DNA of 64,000 nt, taken from positions 390,762 through 454,761 of IMG/VR virus record IMGVR_UViG_3300020429_000529. The stretch is one strand, 5' to 3'. The notes under the pieces were generated by a model that did no database searches, was not told the DNA's origin, and saw only the letters and a program-made list of their open reading frames with translations. Numbering within the stretch: the first letter of the stretch is position 1; each line of letters opens with the position of its first letter. The stretch is from a virus. A program made the position numbers and the translations under genes. Positions 25,908 through 35,982 of the stretch are shown here, in pieces.

Positions 25908-26602
25908 TGGATGATTTCAAAGGGAAAGTCTGTATCAATGAAAAAGGTCGCATTGGTCTTGTGACCAATCGCACTGGAATTCCCTGGCAATGGTCTGGCA
26001 AAGATTTGTCTGATGATAGCTGGTGGGAGGCCAAGACTTTTCGCGTATTGTATGATTCGCTTGAAGAATATGAACGAGATCGTCACGTTCTCGGCATAGG
26101 CAAAGAGTATCACAACGACAAGTACGAGCGATGGACCATGGATCAAGCGTTCATGTCCATGGCCTTCTGCATGTCGAAGTGTTCGCATGATTCAAATACG
26201 CAGCATGGCGCTGTTGTTGTAGATGAGAGAAGTCATCCTCTTGCTTCTGGTTGCAATGGATGGCTTCCGAAGTCTCCCGATTCTCTGATGCCTAATACCA
26301 GAGAAGGCGGCTTCAAGTATGCCCATGTTCGTCATGCGGAAATAAACACCCTGAGTCAGGCGACTCGATCAGATCTCAGCGGATGCCGCATATATGTGAC
26401 TGGTCTTCCATGCAACAACTGCATGAGCGAGATCATTGCGCGCGGCATCCGCGAGGTCATTGTCGGAGATGTAGGCCATGTTTTCGGCGATGGCTTTTGG
26501 GAGATGCATAACTTCCTGGTTCGATCTCACGGAGTTACCGTTCGGTATTTTGACGATGAAATTGTGGATACGTCAAAGACCAGGAGATTGAAGCATGGAT
26601 GA
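25907..26602 (+). CDS. dCMP/cytidine deaminase family protein (second, tandem)
   Basis: VRHAEINTL ... GLPCNNCMSEI (HAE plus PCxxC). Confidence 0.7.
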   Translation: MDDFKGKVCINEKGRIGLVTNRTGIPWQWSGKDLSDDSWWEAKTFRVLYDSLEEYERDRHVLGIGKEYHNDKYERWTMDQAFMSMAFCMSKCSHDSNTQHGAVVVDERSHPLASGCNGWLPKSPDSLMPNTREGGFKYAHVRHAEINTLSQATRSDLSGCRIYVTGLPCNNCMSEIIARGIREVIVGDVGHVFGDGFWEMHNFLVRSHGVTVRYFDDEIVDTSKTRRLKHG

Positions 26603-26930
26603 TGACAACTTGCCGCCATTCACCATCAACTGCAACGATATTGGCGAAGGTACATCTCTTGCAGTAGTTTGGAATATGTACCTGCGTACTCTTGCCATAC
26701 TAAATCAGACAAGCTCTGTTGAAATACCACCAGGTGAAGACGTAGCAGAGTATCTTACAGAGAAGGCGAGAACGATCCTCATCAAGTCTGCGAATATCGT
26801 CAAGGGCAACAGGGATGAGAATGCTCCATTGGACGAAGATTACCTGTTCGAGCATGCTCTGAAGAACTGCAGTTACATGCTTGAAAACATGACCGGCGAT
26901 CCGTATGAACGACTTAGCGATCAAGGTTGA
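26595..26930 (+). CDS. hypothetical protein
   Basis: ORF. Confidence 0.45.
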   Translation: MDDDNLPPFTINCNDIGEGTSLAVVWNMYLRTLAILNQTSSVEIPPGEDVAEYLTEKARTILIKSANIVKGNRDENAPLDEDYLFEHALKNCSYMLENMTGDPYERLSDQG

Positions 26931-27990
26931 TGCAAAGCAACTTGTCAAAACAGTCATTGAGCGATTCAAGAGACTCAATCCTGAACTGACTCGCACTATG
27001 GTTGCCTTGTCAGGCGGCGCAGATTCCGTTGCGCTCCTTTATTGCCTGTCTCGGATCAAAGAGCTTGATCTTTGCGCCGTTCACATCATGTATGATATTC
27101 GTCCCGAAGAACAAGCGGGTCGAGATCGACAGGTCGCAATTGAAGCCGCAACCAAATGCGATGTTGACATTTTGACCAAGCGCGTCAAGATGCAAGAATG
27201 GATGCAGGACAAAGGCGAGAAGAACCTCGAAGCAGCCGCAAGGAATGCTCGGTACTACTGGCTTGAGAATCTGTTTGATCTTCGGCTTTCTTCTGCGCCA
27301 AACCAGAACTTCATTCGCTACGAACATTTCAACCGCAATGAGGGCTATATCGCTACGGCTCATCATGCCGACGATCAGCTTGAGACTGTCCTTATGTTCC
27401 TGGTGCGAGGTACTGGTCTTCGAGGGATGGCTGGTATTGCTCCTAAGCAACAAATCAGAGGCAACGGCAAGACGCTTGTTCGCCCCATGCTGGATCTCAC
27501 GCATGAAGAGACGAAAGCCATCTGCGAGTATGCTGAACTGGATTGGGCTGAAGACGAGACGAATAACGATACGGATCTGACTCGCAATAAGATCAGGCAC
27601 GAAATCGTTCCTCGCATGAGAGAGATCAACCCGAAGGTTGCGCAGCATTTTGTCAACTCTGCTGATATTGCCAGAAGCGCTCTCGAAACAGTCGAAGACG
27701 CTTGCGCTCATCGCATCCGCCCTGAATGGGGGTTCTGCACGCCTGGCGTTCGAGTCTCAACGAACACCGATTCGCTGAGACTCGTTGAAGATGTAGTCAT
27801 CTACGAATGGCTTGGGACAGCCGTCCGTAGCATCACCGGCGGACGAGGACTTGATCGGGTGACAAAGAGGATGCTCGATGAAGTAACCTCTGCCATCCGA
27901 GATCGAAAGTACCGCAAGTTTGATTGGCCCGGCGTTGAGGTTCATGTCGGTCAAGAACGGGTAACAATCCAGAGAGCAAGTCAGAAATGA
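26905..27990 (+). CDS. tilS: tRNA(Ile)-lysidine synthetase-like PP-loop ATPase (TilS family)
   Basis: VALSGGADSVAL (SGGxDS PP-loop) and ATAHHADDQLETVLM (TilS signature). Confidence 0.7.
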   Translation: MNDLAIKVDAKQLVKTVIERFKRLNPELTRTMVALSGGADSVALLYCLSRIKELDLCAVHIMYDIRPEEQAGRDRQVAIEAATKCDVDILTKRVKMQEWMQDKGEKNLEAAARNARYYWLENLFDLRLSSAPNQNFIRYEHFNRNEGYIATAHHADDQLETVLMFLVRGTGLRGMAGIAPKQQIRGNGKTLVRPMLDLTHEETKAICEYAELDWAEDETNNDTDLTRNKIRHEIVPRMREINPKVAQHFVNSADIARSALETVEDACAHRIRPEWGFCTPGVRVSTNTDSLRLVEDVVIYEWLGTAVRSITGGRGLDRVTKRMLDEVTSAIRDRKYRKFDWPGVEVHVGQERVTIQRASQK

Positions 27991-28403
27991 ACGAACCCGA
28001 TTGGACAAAGGACACTCTTACCAATGGCGAGACGCTTGGTCCTGCGATGGAGATCGAGACTGAGGATGAGGCTCGCCAGTATCTCGACAACTATGTCGAT
28101 TGGATGGTCGTCAAGCACGGCATGTCCCGAGTCGAGGCTCTGAATGTCGCCAAGCAGAACATCGGCTACTATTCAGGCTACTATGGCGTTGATACGCAAC
28201 GTCGGGTTGAACGAGTCTTCAAGTGCGTGCATCCAATCTTCGGTTCAACGAGCGGCGAACAAATGAGCGTTCAGGAGATTCTTGAGCAAGGTCGAAAGAT
28301 GGGCGAGGAATCCAAAAAGGGCAAGGGTCTAAAGATGCCCCATGGTCAGCCTACTGGCGTTCCAACCAGAATGTCGAGAGGCGATTTCGTTGAGTTTGAC
28401 TAA
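27987..28403 (+). CDS. hypothetical protein
   Basis: ORF with ATGA junction. Confidence 0.5.
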   Translation: MNEPDWTKDTLTNGETLGPAMEIETEDEARQYLDNYVDWMVVKHGMSRVEALNVAKQNIGYYSGYYGVDTQRRVERVFKCVHPIFGSTSGEQMSVQEILEQGRKMGEESKKGKGLKMPHGQPTGVPTRMSRGDFVEFD

Positions 28404-29278
28404 TGACACAGGTTCATTGGCTTGTAGAAGACGGTCCTTTCGAAGAGGACATCGGCCCTCTGCTTGAGGAGATCAAGCGGCAAGGTCATCCATTGAGAAC
28501 GGTCAAGTACGAACCGTTCGAGAGCGGCAACTATCGGGATCTGTATCCCGAGAACGCATGCGTTGTCTTCTACGGATCGATCAACCTTGCGCAGCAGTTG
28601 CAGCGACAGACGCCTTGGGTTCCTGGCCCTCTCGTAACCTTCGACCACTACAAGTGTTCAACATATTTCGCGCATTGGGGAAAGCATCTTCTCAACTCCG
28701 AGTACCTGATGATGCCCTATGCAGAAGTATGCCGACGAAGGCACGAGATTTGCCGTCGCTTCGGTCATCTTGAGCCCGAGAAATCTTCGCTGTTCATTCG
28801 TCCCGACGATGGACGCAAGACGTTCGGCGGGCACGTTGCGTATGAGCATGACTTCGAGCGAATTGGCGGACCTGTTGGTCAGTATGCCCGTCCTGAAACG
28901 ATGGTTGTTGTCTCGTCTCCGAAGAACCTCTACTACGAATGGCGTATCATCGTCTGCGATGGCAAGGCCATTTCTGGCTGTCAATACAAGTGGGCTGACA
29001 AGCTGACTCTTGATCCCAAAGTACCTGATGCTGTTTGGGAGAAGGCAAACGAGGTGGCCTCTTGCGGTTGGCATCCTGATCGGATGTACGTTCTTGACAT
29101 CGCTAACTGGGGGCCAGGAGCTTATGGCGGTCATGACGGGTACTATGGTCAGATGTTCTTGATCGAGGCCAACTCTTTTGCCTGTTCGGGTTTCTACTGC
29201 TGCGATCCAGAGCCTATCGTCCGAGAGGCCTCAAGGGTCGCCCTTGAAGAATGGCAAGATATCTACGCCCCGATCTAA
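28403..29278 (+). CDS. ATP-grasp-like protein
   Basis: FIRPDDGRKTFGGHV ... YEWRIIVCDGKAISGCQYKW resemble ATP-grasp B and C domain motifs; weak. Confidence 0.4.
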   Translation: MTQVHWLVEDGPFEEDIGPLLEEIKRQGHPLRTVKYEPFESGNYRDLYPENACVVFYGSINLAQQLQRQTPWVPGPLVTFDHYKCSTYFAHWGKHLLNSEYLMMPYAEVCRRRHEICRRFGHLEPEKSSLFIRPDDGRKTFGGHVAYEHDFERIGGPVGQYARPETMVVVSSPKNLYYEWRIIVCDGKAISGCQYKWADKLTLDPKVPDAVWEKANEVASCGWHPDRMYVLDIANWGPGAYGGHDGYYGQMFLIEANSFACSGFYCCDPEPIVREASRVALEEWQDIYAPI

Positions 29279-29320
29279 GCAGGTGACGCCACTGACGCCT
29301 ATAATGCTGTAGAGGTATTT

Positions 29321-30589
29321 ATGGGCGATACGAAGACATCTCGAATGGCGGTTCTGGATCAGAAGACCACGGGCGGCGTTCCGGTCAAGATCTGGGCAAC
29401 AGAAACCGATCCTGACACAGGAAAGTCATACCCGTCTGTCGATCAGAACACGATCCTGCAAGCGTCCATGGCGGCTCGTCTGCCATTCGCTTTCCGTCAT
29501 GTTGCTCTCATGCCCGATGCGCATGCTGGTTACGGTCTGCCCGTAGGCGGCGTTTTCGCGGCAAAGGGAGCAATCCTCCCCTACTTCGTGGGAGTTGATA
29601 TCGGATGCGGCATGTGCGTCCTCAACACCGAAGTTCCGATCGATCAGATCGATGTTCCGAAGCTCATGGAAGATTGGGGCGCATCGATACCTGTGGGTCA
29701 GTCTTCTCGCTCAAACAGCGATCTCTGGTTGAGCGAAGAGCATGTCAAGCGAACGGCTGACAAGTTCGAGGAAGATCACGGTAAGGTCGAAGACAAGCAC
29801 AACATCAAGCTGCCTGACCTCGCAAGAGCAAGGGTTCAGTTGGGTACGCTCGGAGGCGGCAACCACTTTGTTGAGTTGCAGGTCGATCCGAACGGCATCG
29901 CCCATATCATGATCCATAGCGGATCGAGGGGTTTTGGTGCGCGCACCTGCGAGATGTTCCATGACATCGCCCGCCGTCTCTGCCTTAGCTGGCATGTCAA
30001 GCTTGAGAGCGACAAGTGCGCATTCCTTCCGGTTGAAACGGACGAGGGGCAGGCGTACATCGATGCGATGCGACTTGCGCTCGACTATGCGTTCCAGAAT
30101 CGCTCAACGATGATGCGATGCGCTCGTCATGCGCTTGAGCAGCAGGTCGGACGAGTCGCCCCGCTCAAGGGGACGATCAACATCCACCACAACTACGCCG
30201 ACCTGGAAAACCACTTCGGCGAGAATGTTTGGGTGCATCGAAAGGGAGCTACGCTCGCTCGTCAGCAGACGACTGGCATCATTCCTGGTTCGATGTGCGC
30301 CAAGAGCTACATCGTCAAGGGCAAGGGCTCGAAGGATTCGTTCATGTCATGCTCGCATGGCGCGGGACGTAACTTCAGCCGTAGCGAGGCGAAGCGACAG
30401 GTCGCTGAGGGCGAAGTTCCTACTCAGAAGGCTCAGTTGCAGAGCGCGGGCGTTTCGGTCCATGGTGCTTCCGAGGTTCATGACGAACTCGGGCACGCCT
30501 ACAAGGACATTTCTGTTGTCATGGCAAACCAGTCGGACCTCATTGATATCCATGAGGAACTGACTCCTGTTGCTGTTCTCAAGGGGTAA
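29321..30589 (+). CDS. rtcB: RtcB-family RNA ligase (3'-phosphate/5'-OH)
   Basis: MPDAHAGYGLPVGGV, GVDIGCGM, LGTLGGGNHFVELQ, SCSHGAGR are all RtcB signature blocks. Confidence 0.85.
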   Translation: MGDTKTSRMAVLDQKTTGGVPVKIWATETDPDTGKSYPSVDQNTILQASMAARLPFAFRHVALMPDAHAGYGLPVGGVFAAKGAILPYFVGVDIGCGMCVLNTEVPIDQIDVPKLMEDWGASIPVGQSSRSNSDLWLSEEHVKRTADKFEEDHGKVEDKHNIKLPDLARARVQLGTLGGGNHFVELQVDPNGIAHIMIHSGSRGFGARTCEMFHDIARRLCLSWHVKLESDKCAFLPVETDEGQAYIDAMRLALDYAFQNRSTMMRCARHALEQQVGRVAPLKGTINIHHNYADLENHFGENVWVHRKGATLARQQTTGIIPGSMCAKSYIVKGKGSKDSFMSCSHGAGRNFSRSEAKRQVAEGEVPTQKAQLQSAGVSVHGASEVHDELGHAYKDISVVMANQSDLIDIHEELTPVAVLKG

Positions 30590-30591
30590 TC

Positions 30592-30867
30592 ATGTTCTTT
30601 GCACCGCCGCCTCCTGCAGTCAAGACTCCCGCTTTGTCTAAGACCAGATGGAGCAAGGGAGTTACTCATGATGGCTACCATGTCAGAGCAGGTCAGCTTG
30701 TGAGCGTTCGTCCCGATCTTCTGCCCGAGGGCGCGATCGGACATGTCGAAAAGGTTTCCGGCGTTGACAGCAAGGGCAACGCATACTCAGGTTACGCGGC
30801 GTCCGCATGGAGAGGGAAGCCTATCCCTCTCAAGGATTGCGTTACCGAAGTCGAGATAAAGAAATGA
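30592..30867 (+). CDS. hypothetical protein
   Basis: ORF. Confidence 0.45.
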   Translation: MFFAPPPPAVKTPALSKTRWSKGVTHDGYHVRAGQLVSVRPDLLPEGAIGHVEKVSGVDSKGNAYSGYAASAWRGKPIPLKDCVTEVEIKK

Positions 30868-31100
30868 TCGAATGGCTTGATCACAATTTTCTGTGGCTGC
30901 TTCTGGTTGCCGTCGTTGCTTCCGTCCTTGGTTTTGGCAAGTGGATACACGCTATCTTTGGCGGCGGCGAGTTCACGATGAAAAGCCTTGGCGGTTCATT
31001 TGCCTTCTTTGCTTTCATGGCGCTTGTCGCAGGCATTGCATGGCTCGGCTTTCTTGTTGGCGCGATTATCAATGTTGTTCAATATCTGCAGGTTGCCTGA
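30864..31100 (+). CDS. hypothetical membrane protein
   Basis: TM helices; ATGA overlap. Confidence 0.45.
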   Translation: MIEWLDHNFLWLLLVAVVASVLGFGKWIHAIFGGGEFTMKSLGGSFAFFAFMALVAGIAWLGFLVGAIINVVQYLQVA

Positions 31101-31393
31101 TGAACTACTCGGGTCGAACATCTGCCTACGAGCATAAGCGAGACGATTGGGCCGATCATAAAGGCCCATTTACTCCTGCCATTCAGCAACAGACGGTCTT
31201 CAATGCTCAATGGACAGATTGTCCGGTTGAGGTCGAGGATGAAGTCAGGCGGCTGTGGCAGGATGTTGAATACGGCAACGATGTTTACTACTTCTCTTGG
31301 AGTAGCGAGGAAAATGGATCGGATTACCCGATCATTGATGAGTATCTGAAATCCAAAGGCGTTGAGAAATGCCTCATTCATTGGTGGTGGTAA
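31100..31393 (+). CDS. hypothetical protein
   Basis: ORF starting at the ATG that overlaps the upstream TGA. Confidence 0.45.
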   Translation: MNYSGRTSAYEHKRDDWADHKGPFTPAIQQQTVFNAQWTDCPVEVEDEVRRLWQDVEYGNDVYYFSWSSEENGSDYPIIDEYLKSKGVEKCLIHWWW

Positions 31394-31966
31394 ATGACAG
31401 ATCAACAAGATGTCATGCGAATCCTTGACGGTCTTGACTGGGAACCCATTCGAGATATTCTCAAGGAAACAACCTGTCAGCTTCGTATCGGCGAACAGAT
31501 CGAAGAAAGCGACGGGGCAACGCATGTTTTCATGATGCCCTCTGTTGATGATGTCGCCAATCCTGATGAGTTCGATTTCATCGACCTGACTTTCATCTAT
31601 ATTGGCGTTCACAAGGAGAAGGCAGCGGAGGCTCGTCAGCGACTCGTTGAGCTACTTGCTCCGGGCGAAGAAGCATGGAAGCTTGGGCCGAGCTACATGC
31701 ATGTCGGAGCAGCGATTGGCGACCAGGGCGGCGCTCTGATGCTGTTCGCTCTCGGTCGAGCGTTGAATCTTTGGCAGATTCTTTCCCCGCAAACGATGAT
31801 GGGGCTATCGAGAGATCATCCTCTGTCTCAGCAGATGGCTGGTCAAGGGATGGTCAACATCCAAGGCTGGTTCCCTGATGGGAGCGCAGAACAAGAACCC
31901 AATCTGCCTGCCAATGTTGGGCATCGCACGGAGCAAGAACAAGATGATCGAGATCACGAAGGGTAA
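31394..31966 (+). CDS. hypothetical protein
   Basis: ORF. Confidence 0.5.
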   Translation: MTDQQDVMRILDGLDWEPIRDILKETTCQLRIGEQIEESDGATHVFMMPSVDDVANPDEFDFIDLTFIYIGVHKEKAAEARQRLVELLAPGEEAWKLGPSYMHVGAAIGDQGGALMLFALGRALNLWQILSPQTMMGLSRDHPLSQQMAGQGMVNIQGWFPDGSAEQEPNLPANVGHRTEQEQDDRDHEG

Positions 31967-32546
31967 GTTTCGGCGGCTGAATGAACCCATCAAGGGGAAG
32001 CCGAACTACCTGCGCATTGTTTCTGAGCGATTCGAGGTAGAAGAACCCGATGGGCCTGGTATCATCGGCCCTGCTGTTCGCGAGTTCATTCATACTCGCA
32101 ATGCTGTAGCGGTGCTGCCGATCTGCCCGTCTGAGCAGAAGATCCTGATCGCTCGGCAGTTCCGTATGCCCGTAATGCATGATACGGGAGATTACCAGCG
32201 AGCGTGGATCTACGAGGCTCTCGCTGGCGTTATCAGCGACGGCGAAGATCCGATCGATTGCGGCGTTCGGGAAACTTTGGAAGAATCGAGCGTCGTCGTT
32301 CTTCCTGAGAGAATGAAGTTGGTCGCCGATTACTATGTCTCGCCAGGAGTCTCCTCAGAGCGTCACTACGTCTTCACCTGCGAGGTTGACGCTGCGGAGC
32401 CCTCGGAGCCCTCTGGCGGTCTGGAAGAGGAACACGAGGCTCTCAAGCCTGCCTGGTTGACCTTCGATGAGATCCGAGCCCTGCGCTCGGGCGGCAGAAT
32501 CGAAGACGGCAAGACGATTATGGCCCTGATGTCTGCTGGGCTGTAA
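31944..32546 (+). CDS. Nudix hydrolase (ADP-ribose pyrophosphatase-like)
   Basis: Nudix box GVRETLEESSVVV; NudF-like overall layout. Confidence 0.65.
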   Translation: MIEITKGKFRRLNEPIKGKPNYLRIVSERFEVEEPDGPGIIGPAVREFIHTRNAVAVLPICPSEQKILIARQFRMPVMHDTGDYQRAWIYEALAGVISDGEDPIDCGVRETLEESSVVVLPERMKLVADYYVSPGVSSERHYVFTCEVDAAEPSEPSGGLEEEHEALKPAWLTFDEIRALRSGGRIEDGKTIMALMSAGL

Positions 32547-32647
32547 ATCATATCAAAAAGTTAGAGTGAATCGCTGCAATCTTCCCTTCGAGGAAGTCGA
32601 TGTAAATCTTGCATCTGGCTCTCTTTGAAGCAGGAGGATTTGCAGCA

Positions 32648-33268
32648 ATGTCCGAGAACGAAAACAAGTCTGCAGGTAGTCGAGCCGCAGACTGGGCAAA
32701 CCGGATCGATGAGGTCCAGCGTTTTGCTCAGACGAACAATCGTTGGCCTTCTACCACGGCCCAAGACGAGTCAGAATTGAAACTGGCTCAATGGTGGTCT
32801 CGACAGAAGTATTACTTCAAGAAGTTTGAGAAGGGCGAAAAGTCGCCAGGTATCAATGATGATCGAGCCAAGATCATCCGAAACCTGATTTCTGACTTCG
32901 CCGCTTTTGAACGAGACGGCATCTGGATCGGTCGCTACAACATCGTCAAGAGCCGTATCCAGACCGCTCAGAAGCTCTGGCCTTATGACACTGAGAACGA
33001 TGAAGAGAAGCGAGTTCTTCGTTGGTGGAACCAGCAGAAGACGTTCTACCGCAAGTTCCGCAAGGGCACGAAGGCAGGCGGTATGACTGAGCGCCGCGCT
33101 CAGCTTGTCGAGCAGCTTCTTAGCCTTCTCGGTCAGCCATTGATCTCCAACAGTCAGGATGACGATACACAAGAAACAGATTCTTCGACGCCTACGGCGA
33201 TCGAGCCTCCTGTTTCAACCCCTGATCCAGCCCCATCCCATACGGGCGCATCTAACTTTGGAGATTGA
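32648..33268 (+). CDS. helicase-associated (HA) domain repeat protein
   Basis: Two repeats of W...(L/V)AQWW(S/N)(R/Q)QK(Y/T)(Y/F)(F/Y)(K/R)KF(E/R)KG. AGGAGG RBS. Confidence 0.5.
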   Translation: MSENENKSAGSRAADWANRIDEVQRFAQTNNRWPSTTAQDESELKLAQWWSRQKYYFKKFEKGEKSPGINDDRAKIIRNLISDFAAFERDGIWIGRYNIVKSRIQTAQKLWPYDTENDEEKRVLRWWNQQKTFYRKFRKGTKAGGMTERRAQLVEQLLSLLGQPLISNSQDDDTQETDSSTPTAIEPPVSTPDPAPSHTGASNFGD

Positions 33269-33588
33269 GAATGGATGACATGATCGGTCAGAACGGAACA
33301 ACCAGCGTTGCCAACACCGACAAGTTGCGCCGTCGCATTGGCCTTGCGTCTCTTCGAGCAAAGCTTGAAACCTGCGAACTCATGCTCAATACGGCTACAG
33401 ATTGTCTTGATGAAGAGACCTTCGGGGCCGAGGCATTCGAGCAATGCGAAGCCTGTTATGCAGCCGCAGAAGAGACAATGAAGACGCTTGAGCTTGTTCA
33501 GCTTCTTTGCGTCCGACTTTCGGGCTCCAACCAGATCCCTAAGCTTGAGAAGTTTGCTGCCGCCCGACAGCCTTCTTCTGGCTCATGA
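33265..33588 (+). CDS. hypothetical protein
   Basis: ORF. Confidence 0.45.
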   Translation: MRMDDMIGQNGTTSVANTDKLRRRIGLASLRAKLETCELMLNTATDCLDEETFGAEAFEQCEACYAAAEETMKTLELVQLLCVRLSGSNQIPKLEKFAAARQPSSGS

Positions 33589-34148
33589 AGTTCAGATACG
33601 AGACCAGTTACGATCAAATAGGCGAGTTTTCAGCAAGCGGTTTCAAACAACCAACGCTGGCTGATTACTCCCGAGCAAATCGCTTCCTTGCAGGAACAGG
33701 GGTCCGCTTCCAAGTCGGACCCCTTTCTGCGCGAGAAGGTTGCATCGTCGTCGCCCTTCTCGACGCATACCTCTCGAAACAGAAAGCACAAGTTCTTCCC
33801 AATGTCATAGCCCGCTACACCAGTTGCGATGAGGGCGTCTACACCTACTATCATGGTTCGGATGTTCACCAGTTTTCGCTCAACAATGCAACGATGAAGC
33901 TGATCGAACAGAAGCCCTTCTCTTGGCGTGACAAGATCCTGATCGCAGACAACATCTACGATGCAGAACTCTACAGCCGCTTTCAGAGCAGCTATCGAGA
34001 CAATCAGAGCGCTTACATCGAGAAGGCTGTCACCCGACTTTGTGAGTTTGCTGAGAACGTCTTTCACTTCAAATCAACATTCACAGCCGTGCAAGTGAGA
34101 ATCAACTTGAGCGATGAATCATTTGCAGAGATTAAGAGTAGCAAGTGA
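33585..34148 (+). CDS. hypothetical protein
   Basis: ORF. Confidence 0.5.
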   Translation: MKFRYETSYDQIGEFSASGFKQPTLADYSRANRFLAGTGVRFQVGPLSAREGCIVVALLDAYLSKQKAQVLPNVIARYTSCDEGVYTYYHGSDVHQFSLNNATMKLIEQKPFSWRDKILIADNIYDAELYSRFQSSYRDNQSAYIEKAVTRLCEFAENVFHFKSTFTAVQVRINLSDESFAEIKSSK

Positions 34149-34593
34149 CAAGGGAACTCATTACAATGGATGCATGGACGACATCTACGACGCAGCAGTT
34201 GCCTTTCTTGAGGAAAACCCGCATCGCATAATCGATGTCTGGGACGATCCTCAATCTCACCCGTCTGGCATCCTATTCCTCGCTGCCTCGCCGAGCGGTT
34301 TACCCCAGCAGAACTTGAGCGGAGACGGAACTTGCGGAGATGTTTGTGAGATCCTGTCCAAAGAGGCCGTCGCCTATTCGACAGAAGTTACAGACATGAT
34401 CCTCACCGATAACGATCGGCCCTTACCGAAGGTTGACGGCGAAAGCGGTCTGCCAGAGATTGAACCGGCCATGCTCGATTCTTTCGCGCAATGGCAGAGA
34501 ACTTTCGATTTGGAATGGGATCGCAGCCCTGTTCGCAAGCTGCACGAATGGGGCTTTGAACCTCAAGACCTTGGGGTAACTGCGCAGCCGTAA
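34114..34593 (+). CDS. hypothetical protein
   Basis: ORF; the start could be the internal ATG near 34174. Confidence 0.4.
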   Translation: MNHLQRLRVASDKGTHYNGCMDDIYDAAVAFLEENPHRIIDVWDDPQSHPSGILFLAASPSGLPQQNLSGDGTCGDVCEILSKEAVAYSTEVTDMILTDNDRPLPKVDGESGLPEIEPAMLDSFAQWQRTFDLEWDRSPVRKLHEWGFEPQDLGVTAQP

Positions 34594-34604
34594 AGGAGCC
34601 CTCA

Positions 34605-35186
34605 ATGGGACTGTTTGGAAAGAAGAAGCCAAGAGAACGACCTGTAAGCAATAGCACAAGAACTCGCGTGCAAGGACGCCGAGCGCCAAGCTCATATCAG
34701 CTTCGGACGCTGTGGCGTAACTCTGCGCAGAAAGGCCCCGTCACCGTTGATGGCGACCTGCTTGAGAACATGATGATCTGGCTTCTCTACTACGAGATGA
34801 TGACGCCGGATCATGAATCGATCGGCATGAACGAAATCTGGACCGATCTTGAAACCTCAGGCGAATGGGCAGGGCTTCAAGGTCACGAAGAAGTCGTAGC
34901 AGAAGAATCTCCCGTTGAAGAGACCGAGGTCGTTGAAGCCGAGGCAACCGAGGATGAGATTCAGCAGATCGAGAGCGCCATCAGCGCAGAAACGACTCAG
35001 GATCAGGTCGATCACAATCAGCCCCAGACTTCGACCCCTGCATACGATCCCCCTTCTGTCATTGAAGACGAGACTACAAAGCAGTCTTCTGTGAGCAGCG
35101 GTTGGGGCGGCGGAGGCGGAGGCTATGAGAGCTACGACAGCGGAGGCGGAGGAGACAGCGGAGGCGGTGGCGGTTTTGACGACTAA
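34605..35186 (+). CDS. hypothetical acidic protein with Gly-rich tail
   Basis: ORF; GGGGGYESYDSGGGGDSGGGGG C-terminus. Confidence 0.5.
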   Translation: MGLFGKKKPRERPVSNSTRTRVQGRRAPSSYQLRTLWRNSAQKGPVTVDGDLLENMMIWLLYYEMMTPDHESIGMNEIWTDLETSGEWAGLQGHEEVVAEESPVEETEVVEAEATEDEIQQIESAISAETTQDQVDHNQPQTSTPAYDPPSVIEDETTKQSSVSSGWGGGGGGYESYDSGGGGDSGGGGGFDD

Positions 35187-35207
35187 CCCCGCTGGTAGGA
35201 GAGCATA

Positions 35208-35651
35208 ATGGCAACCGAAACGAATACATTCTGGTCAGATCTGCAGGATCTCGAAGAGACTATTGCCAAATCACAACGCTTTGAACTTGAAGCCTCGTCC
35301 CCGGAAGAGGGCGAGGTTTCATTCGCTCATGCAGTCAAGCATGCTGCTGGTTTGCGCATCATGCAGAATCGTCTTGAGGAAGGAAACGTTCTTCATCTGA
35401 TGGCTCTTCGAGACGATGAGTATCAGAACTTTTGCGTTTACTTCAACAGCAAGTCGATTATGGAAGCCGATGATAATCTCTGCATCTGGCGATCCACCAA
35501 CTCGGCCACCAACTGCGCTGAATGCGCTCGATCAATCATGAAGGCCATGGCGAGTATGTTGACCGTCATCGGTTATGAGGTCTATGTCAACGAGGGCGAA
35601 ACAGTTGTTCTGTTCAACCCGTTGCTCAAAGGACGAGTCGATGACAACTGA
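35208..35651 (+). CDS. paralog family member 1 (tandem array)
   Basis: Shares the C-terminal motif L-T-V-I-G-Y-E-V-Y-V-N with the next three ORFs. Confidence 0.5.
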   Translation: MATETNTFWSDLQDLEETIAKSQRFELEASSPEEGEVSFAHAVKHAAGLRIMQNRLEEGNVLHLMALRDDEYQNFCVYFNSKSIMEADDNLCIWRSTNSATNCAECARSIMKAMASMLTVIGYEVYVNEGETVVLFNPLLKGRVDDN

Positions 35652-35982
35652 GGCAACAATGCTGGATGAAGTGCTGGCTCGCCTCGAATACATGGGCGGC
35701 GGCGCTTCTGTTCATCTATATGTCTTGCAGTCAAGCTCGAAAGATGCCTCGGGAACTGACCGACCGTTCTATGAGATTATCGCTTGTCCTGTTCCGAGGG
35801 AATCGATCGACGATACACCCGAAGGATCGGTAGTTCTGTTTGGAGACAGGCACTCGACTGGCGGCGATCACGGCAAGCATGTCAAGAACGCTGCCCTGAT
35901 CTGCGTATCAACTATCCTGACCGTCATCGCAGGCATGGATGTCTATGTTGATGATGAGCTTTTTGATCCGAGGCAACAATGA
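35641..35982 (+). CDS. paralog family member 2
   Basis: ...ILTVIAGMDVYVDDELF. Confidence 0.45.
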   Translation: MTTEATMLDEVLARLEYMGGGASVHLYVLQSSSKDASGTDRPFYEIIACPVPRESIDDTPEGSVVLFGDRHSTGGDHGKHVKNAALICVSTILTVIAGMDVYVDDELFDPRQQ

